DNA of 64,000 nucleotides. It comes from Deltaproteobacteria bacterium. GTDB taxonomy: Bacteria > Myxococcota_A > UBA9160 > SMWR01. Shown one piece after another: positions 59,084 through 64,000 of this stretch. The notes under the pieces were generated by a model. The model had not been told where the DNA came from and ran no database searches. It saw only the letters and a list, made by a program, of their open reading frames with translations. Both the position numbers and the translations under genes were made by a program. Position 1 is the first letter of the stretch; every line of letters starts with the position of its first letter. The stretch lies in contig JAQBGU010000188.1 of the NCBI GenBank assembly GCA_032128375.1, positions 32,001 to 96,000 of the forward strand. The letters run 5' to 3'.

Positions 59084-60247
59084 ATGTGGGGTCACGTGAA
59101 CCCCGAATCTTCGACTCGAACCGGGGACATCCTCGCCCCGCGCACCTGGGTTCTGCTCGATGAGCGCCCCGGCAACAGCACCCAATCGCTCGGTCTCGCG
59201 CAAACGCTCGGGTGGCCATTCGAGACGTACAATTTGCAGTTCGGGCCGATGGCCAAGATGCACAGCGCATTGCTCGGCGGTTCGACCCTGGGAGTCGACC
59301 GGCGGCGCTCCGACGCATTCGGGCCGCCGTGGCCCGACCTGGTTGTCGCGGCGGGCGGCCGAACCGCCCCGGTTTCGCGGTGGATTCGCGGCAAATCCGG
59401 CGGCCGGACGCGGACCGTGCATCTGGGGCGCCGCGGAGGTGCGCGCGCGGCTTGTTTCGATCTCGTCGTCACGCCGGGCAATGCACGCCTATGGCCGCAC
59501 CCACGGCGGATGGTGACCCTGCTGCCGACCAACCGAGTCGACCCCGAGACCCTCAGACGGGCGGCACAGCGATGGCAACCGAGCTTCGATGGGCAGCCCG
59601 CTCCGCGCATCGCGCTACTGGTCGGCGGCGCCACACCGCTGTTCCGGTTTGGGCCCGATGAGGCCCGCCAGCTTGGTGGTCAGGTCGCAGCGCTGGCCCG
59701 CGATACGGGCGGGTCTGTCTTCGTGTCGACAAGCCGACGAACCGGCGGTGCCGCAAGCCGGGAACTCGCCAAGGCGCTCCCGGACGCGGCGATATTTCAC
59801 AGCTGGTCGCCGGGCGCCGAGGACAATCCTTTCCTCGGACTGCTGGCGCTGGCCGACTGGATCGTCGTCACGGGGGATAGCGAGTCCATGTTGGCGGAGG
59901 CCTGCGCGACGGCGAAGCCGGTCTCGATTTACGCGCTGCCGCCTGTCGGCCGTGCAACGCCGCGGCGCAGGATGGGCGAGGCGCTGGTCGCGCGCGCGAT
60001 GCAGTGTCGACCAGCGGGGCCTGAAGCAACCGAACGGCTGCCGTGGACGCTCGCAGGCTGCTGCGCGTGGTCGATTTCGTCGGGCTGGATTCTGCCACCG
60101 CGGGACCTCGATGGACTCCGTGAGAACCTGATCGCCAGTGGGCGCGTGCACGCGCTCGGCGACCCACCCGAGTCGGGAGCGGTCGAGCCACTTCGGGAAG
60201 TCGAGAACGTCGCAGCGCGGGTCCGAAAGCTATTCGAGACCGGCTGA
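59084..60247 (+). CDS. ELM1/GtrOC1-family putative glycosyltransferase (stand-alone)
   Basis: WVLLDERPGNSTQSLGLA, PPWPDLVVAAG, STSRRT, NPFLGLL..AD, TGDSESMLAEA. Confidence 0.88.
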   Translation: MWGHVNPESSTRTGDILAPRTWVLLDERPGNSTQSLGLAQTLGWPFETYNLQFGPMAKMHSALLGGSTLGVDRRRSDAFGPPWPDLVVAAGGRTAPVSRWIRGKSGGRTRTVHLGRRGGARAACFDLVVTPGNARLWPHPRRMVTLLPTNRVDPETLRRAAQRWQPSFDGQPAPRIALLVGGATPLFRFGPDEARQLGGQVAALARDTGGSVFVSTSRRTGGAASRELAKALPDAAIFHSWSPGAEDNPFLGLLALADWIVVTGDSESMLAEACATAKPVSIYALPPVGRATPRRRMGEALVARAMQCRPAGPEATERLPWTLAGCCAWSISSGWILPPRDLDGLRENLIASGRVHALGDPPESGAVEPLREVENVAARVRKLFETG

Positions 60248-60964
60248 AACCGGCGCAACCGCCCGCGTCCTACCGAACCCGCGACGCAGAATTTCAAGCG
60301 CCGGTACCCGATCCACCACGACGATGAATACCTTGCGGAACAACCCCGCGGGGCACCGAATCGGGCGCACTCCGTGCCACGAGTCGTTTCTGCGAATGAA
60401 CAGCAGGCTGCGGTTCCCAATGTGCTCGCCGGCAAATTCTCGATCGAAATCGCCGAAACCGGGTGCCGAGCGCCGGTCGAGTCGACGATCGGAATCGAGA
60501 ATCAGCGTCGCGCCACCCCACGCTTCGTCCCACTCCGTCTCGCGGGAAAAATAAAAGATGTGCGACCCGAGCTTGTGCTTCGAGTCGCAGTGCGGCGAAA
60601 CCGAGCACCCCCGCGGCGTGTAGTGCCAGTGGAAACTCAAATCGATCGATCGGCGACCGGCCAAGCGCGCAATTGCGGCCGCATAGCGGTCGCTGGTGAT
60701 CTCGGACATGAAGTGTCGCCACGGGGGCGAAAGCTCGAGTTCCGGAGTGTAGTCGAGCGTGAACCGGTCATGGCTGTGTTGACCGAATTTTCGTTCCTTG
60801 CCGAATATGCGGCGGAACCTGGATACCTCGGGAAGCGTGTCCGCCAGCGATTCGAAACCCTCACTCGAGATCAGATCGGACGGGTTGATCCACGGGTAGG
60901 GCCGCACCGCGCGAAAGCGCCGCGGGTCGATCGCCTCCAATCGGTCGAAGTCCAGATACTTCAC
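60230..60964 (-). CDS. 2OG-Fe(II) oxygenase
   Basis: SPHCD (HxD), WGGATL, SWHGV, RKVF; GTG overlaps the upstream stop. Confidence 0.85.
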   Translation of the reverse strand: MKYLDFDRLEAIDPRRFRAVRPYPWINPSDLISSEGFESLADTLPEVSRFRRIFGKERKFGQHSHDRFTLDYTPELELSPPWRHFMSEITSDRYAAAIARLAGRRSIDLSFHWHYTPRGCSVSPHCDSKHKLGSHIFYFSRETEWDEAWGGATLILDSDRRLDRRSAPGFGDFDREFAGEHIGNRSLLFIRRNDSWHGVRPIRCPAGLFRKVFIVVVDRVPALEILRRGFGRTRAVAPVSAGLE

Positions 60965-62265
60965 GACGGAACGAATCCTGCTTCGTATTGCTGGATCATC
61001 TCTTCCCACTCGCCGACAGTGTACAGCTTCACCGGGTCGGACAGACAGACGACGACGTGATCCGCCCGGGTCGCGTACTGGTGTGTCGCGGTAAAGCGAA
61101 ACCATGCGCGGTAGTGCTCGAGAATTCGCGCCGTGTCCCGGTAGTCCTCGGCGATGATCTTGTGTCTCTTGCGGCCGTAGAAGTAGCCGAACTTTGTCTT
61201 CGGCAGAATCTCGCCTTCGGCAATCTGCTTACGCAGACGTTCGGGCGGCGTCCAGATCGTCAGGAAGGTGACGTGCTCTGCCGCTTGCAACACGTCCATC
61301 GCCTCGTCGCGCTCGTTTGTCTTCGCGCTGCGAAGGTAGGGACGCAAGAAGTCGTAATGGAGCATCATCTTGTCGACTTGGGGTTCGCTGGGCTTCCATA
61401 GCCGGTTCGCGTGGACGTAGGGACCCCAGTCCGCGCCGTCTTCGATGCCGATCCTCGCAGCCACCTCGGGGAGCTGGTTGGCCACGAGCTTGCGGCAGCA
61501 GGTTTTCTTACCAGACGCGGTGGGGCCGTTGACGATGACCAGGCGCTTGATCCGGCGCTTGTGGGCAATCGTGATGTAGCGGTCTTTGTGATCCGATTGC
61601 TGGGTTTCCACTTTCGCGAAGATGTTCCGGTGGAAGCGCAGCAGGTTGTCGATCGCTTGTGACGTGAAGAAAAACTTCTGGACGCTGCGCTTTCCCCAGG
61701 TCCCGTTACGGCTCACGAAGACGACCGGCGAGCGCTTCAGGAAAAAGTTGGCGACGGGTGACACGGCGACCTTGCGGCGATCGTGCCCGCCGAGCGAGGC
61801 GACCTCCAGGATCAGCCGTTCTTTCGCGATATCGATCAGCAACTCCAGCAGCGATAGCGGATTTCGCATGTGGTGAAGCAGGTTCAAGCACAGCACGTAG
61901 TCGAATTTCTCTTCGATCGAATCCTTCTCGATGTCGAATTGCTCGAATGCGACCTTCGCTCCCATACAATCCGCCAACAGACGAGCCTTGCGGATGCTGT
62001 CGGCGTCGACGTCGACGCCCAACACGCGATCGGCGCCGCGCTTCTGCGCCTCGAAACAGAAGTACCCGAACTTGCTTCCCAGATCGAGCACCGTCTTGCC
62101 CGTCATGTCGTCGGGAAAGATCATCGCCGCGGTCGTTGAGCGATCGTAACCGCCGGTAGACAGGCCGTACGGCAGCTCGATATTCTGGTATTTGAAGTCG
62201 TCGGCGGCGAGCATCTGCTCGACCTGCGCTTTCGACCAATTCGTCTGGAAGATGGAATCGGGCAT
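60961..62265 (-). CDS. Class I SAM methyltransferase (CmoB/DUF1698-like) fused to a C-terminal P-loop domain
   Basis: VLDLGSKFG, VLGVD, FDYVLCLNLLHH; then VIVNGPTASGKKT. Confidence 0.82.
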   Translation of the reverse strand: MPDSIFQTNWSKAQVEQMLAADDFKYQNIELPYGLSTGGYDRSTTAAMIFPDDMTGKTVLDLGSKFGYFCFEAQKRGADRVLGVDVDADSIRKARLLADCMGAKVAFEQFDIEKDSIEEKFDYVLCLNLLHHMRNPLSLLELLIDIAKERLILEVASLGGHDRRKVAVSPVANFFLKRSPVVFVSRNGTWGKRSVQKFFFTSQAIDNLLRFHRNIFAKVETQQSDHKDRYITIAHKRRIKRLVIVNGPTASGKKTCCRKLVANQLPEVAARIGIEDGADWGPYVHANRLWKPSEPQVDKMMLHYDFLRPYLRSAKTNERDEAMDVLQAAEHVTFLTIWTPPERLRKQIAEGEILPKTKFGYFYGRKRHKIIAEDYRDTARILEHYRAWFRFTATHQYATRADHVVVCLSDPVKLYTVGEWEEMIQQYEAGFVPS

Positions 62266-62328
62266 TCAGGCGGCGGATGCTAACGGATCAATCCGCCTGC
62301 GTCCGGCGATCGATTCCGCGAGCTTGGG

Positions 62329-62383
62329 CGAATTCTTCAGCGTCGTCGCCTGCACGCCAGAGCTGGCGCTCGACCGCGCGGAC
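62329..62383 (-). repeat. Dispersed REP/MITE-like intergenic repeat, copy B
   Basis: 51/55 identical to 7860-7914; starts 2 nt after the TAG of the response regulator. Confidence 0.85.
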
Positions 62384-62385
62384 GC

Positions 62386-62940
62386 CTAGAACTGCATCCC
62401 CGAAGCCCTTCGGTAGCGGTTCCACGAGCCGCAATACGCGAGTTGATCTGACATGTCGCCTGCGATCTGGGCAGACATGGGAGACATGGGAAGAGCGGAA
62501 ACCAGGGCTCCCGCTCCGCAGCGGACTGGCTGGCCAAAAGACACGCTGCGACTACGCCGAGCATCGACCGCCGATACGATTGTCTCGATCAACACATCGG
62601 GTCCGAAGTTCCCCTTCACGAGGAAGTGATCCGCCCCGGCGCGCATCGACTGTTCGGCGACGTCACACTCATCGACGCCGGTCAAAACGACGATCGGCAG
62701 CTCGGACGCGATCGCTCGCGCGCTGACCAGCGTTTCGATTCCCAGGCTGTCGGGCAGCCCGAGGTCGAGCAGCATGCAATCATATCCGCTGAGTTCGAAA
62801 TGGCGCGCGACATCGGGCAACCGTTCGGCCGGCGTCACCTGGAATTTTCGCGACTCCGCCTGCCGCAACCATGTTCGGACGAGCCGGTCGGAGTCGTCCT
62901 CGATCGACAGAACATGGATCGTTGAAATCGGATCAATCAC
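62386..62940 (-). CDS. Response regulator receiver-domain protein
   Basis: IEDD, LLDLGLPDS.G, IVVLTG, GADHFLVK; GGAGG before GTG 62940. Confidence 0.85.
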   Translation of the reverse strand: MIDPISTIHVLSIEDDSDRLVRTWLRQAESRKFQVTPAERLPDVARHFELSGYDCMLLDLGLPDSLGIETLVSARAIASELPIVVLTGVDECDVAEQSMRAGADHFLVKGNFGPDVLIETIVSAVDARRSRSVSFGQPVRCGAGALVSALPMSPMSAQIAGDMSDQLAYCGSWNRYRRASGMQF

Positions 62941-63611
62941 CTGTGTTACCTCCATGCACGGGCAGGCGGTCGCCATCCCGCGCCTGATACTCGAACCAAG
63001 CCAAATCTGCTTCGAGTGATGCGCTGGTTCAGTTTGTGCTCGCGAGACAGCCGATGCGGCTCACGAGCGGCTCCAGGAACGACGCTGCGCCGTCGATAGG
63101 TTCTCGATCAACGTCTCGATATCCGCAGCATCGCCGGGAAGATCGAAATTCCTGCGCTGGCGCTGGTTCCCTCGCTCATCTGCACGCGCACAGCCTGGTC
63201 GAACGCGGTGAGGAAATTTTTTCTGGCTTTTTTCTGGCAATGAGTGGGGGAAGTCATCGACACGTCTCCTTGGAGAACGCGCGCCCTCCCCTCCCCGGAA
63301 CAGGCGTAGTTTCAAAAAAATTTCAGAGCCGCTCCATTTTTTGGAGCCGCTTCGCCGCCGCCGAGGTCACGCCGGTTCACGTGCGCGCCTCTATCAGCCA
63401 GCGTGCGATGTGAACGGAACGCGAGAGGGAAAACTTGAAGAAAATGCGCAGAGATTCTCGGAGAAAGTGCGCCTGCATTTGGAGTGCGCATCCAATTTCT
63501 CGGAAATTCCCCTTGCGGTTGATCGACTCGAATCGGCCGTTTGCTCGACGCTTGCACGTGCCGAGGAATTGCACGTGCGAGCATTTGCAGCCGAAGCTTC
63601 CGCCTGACTCG

Positions 63612-63838
63612 TCAGGGGCTGATTCGGTACGCGCAGCGCCTCGCACCGACCAGGATGTGTTCCTCGCGCTCGACCTGGGCGCTCTTTCCGAGTAGCGAAC
63701 GGATCAACGCATGTGTTGCCGGACGGCCATCGCGGTCACGCCCAAGCCCCTGGCCAACACGGATGCCGTCTGAGGACCCCTCCTTTTCAGATGAAAGAGG
63801 ATCTTGTCGCGGGTCCGTGCGCTTGCGTGATCCACCAC
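63612..63838 (-). pseudogene. SufR/COG2345-like HTH regulator with large internal deletion
   Basis: N-terminal TRDKILFHLKRRGPQTASVLARGLGVTAMAVRQH (stop 63704) joined out of frame to C-terminal LIRSLLG..AQVEREEHIL.GARRCAYRI*. Confidence 0.8.
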
Positions 63839-64000
63839 CGTACGAGGATACTCGTGGGCCATACATTGCGTCGGTAGAAGCTTGCAATACCTTCGAAAGA
63901 ACTTTCCAATGCAATTGCGACAACGACGCTCTCGGCCTACGCGATGCCTTCCAATGCGATGACTCCGCAGCGCGCCTCGAGCGCGAGCAAGAGCATGTAC

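Noticed and set aside
63612..63923. 103-aa ORF as an intact gene
   Set aside because: Only its last ~30 aa are protein-like; the matching N-terminus is in another frame (deleted regulator)

Overview
GC-rich bacterial chromosomal window, probably from a Myxococcota/deltaproteobacteria-like organism (inferred from gene content, notably a ZZ-type bacterial histone). I found no rRNA, tRNA, CRISPR array or intact transposase/integrase. It has four zones. (1) 1-18 kb is a surface-polysaccharide modification locus: a secreted CAZyme with CBM32/CBM51-like modules, an AlgI-type MBOAT with an SGNH partner, GT4s, a CMAH-like MBL protein, heparinase II/III, a carbamoyltransferase, a GDP-mannose dehydrogenase-like enzyme and a GT-C. 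(2) About 15.8-26 kb, plus 30 kb and 63.7 kb, is a gene graveyard with frameshifted or internally deleted genes. One is an AhpD/CMD-like selenoprotein remnant (CxxU plus a SECIS-like hairpin). (3) 26-36.5 kb holds lysA, lspA, a Lys/Ala-rich protein, a ZZ-finger histone, an MMPL/RND transporter and a RecQ-family helicase preceded by a ~370-nt strongly structured non-coding region. (4) 36.9-62.3 kb is the most interesting part, a membrane-lipid cluster resembling the Caulobacter anionic sphingolipid (ceramide-phosphoglycerate, cpg) genes: CDP-alcohol phosphotransferase, DAGK-fold kinase, Tam41-like cytidylyltransferase, two NTP transferases and a phosphoesterase. It is expanded with a fused LptF-LptG, an MsbA-like ABC exporter, kdsA, two ELM1/GtrOC1-family glycosyltransferases, a secreted AttH/Svf1-like protein, a desaturase and a methyltransferase/P-loop fusion. 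This suggests a possibly undescribed Kdo-glycosylated phospho(sphingo)lipid synthesis and export system. All family assignments come from motif recognition by eye, not from database searches.
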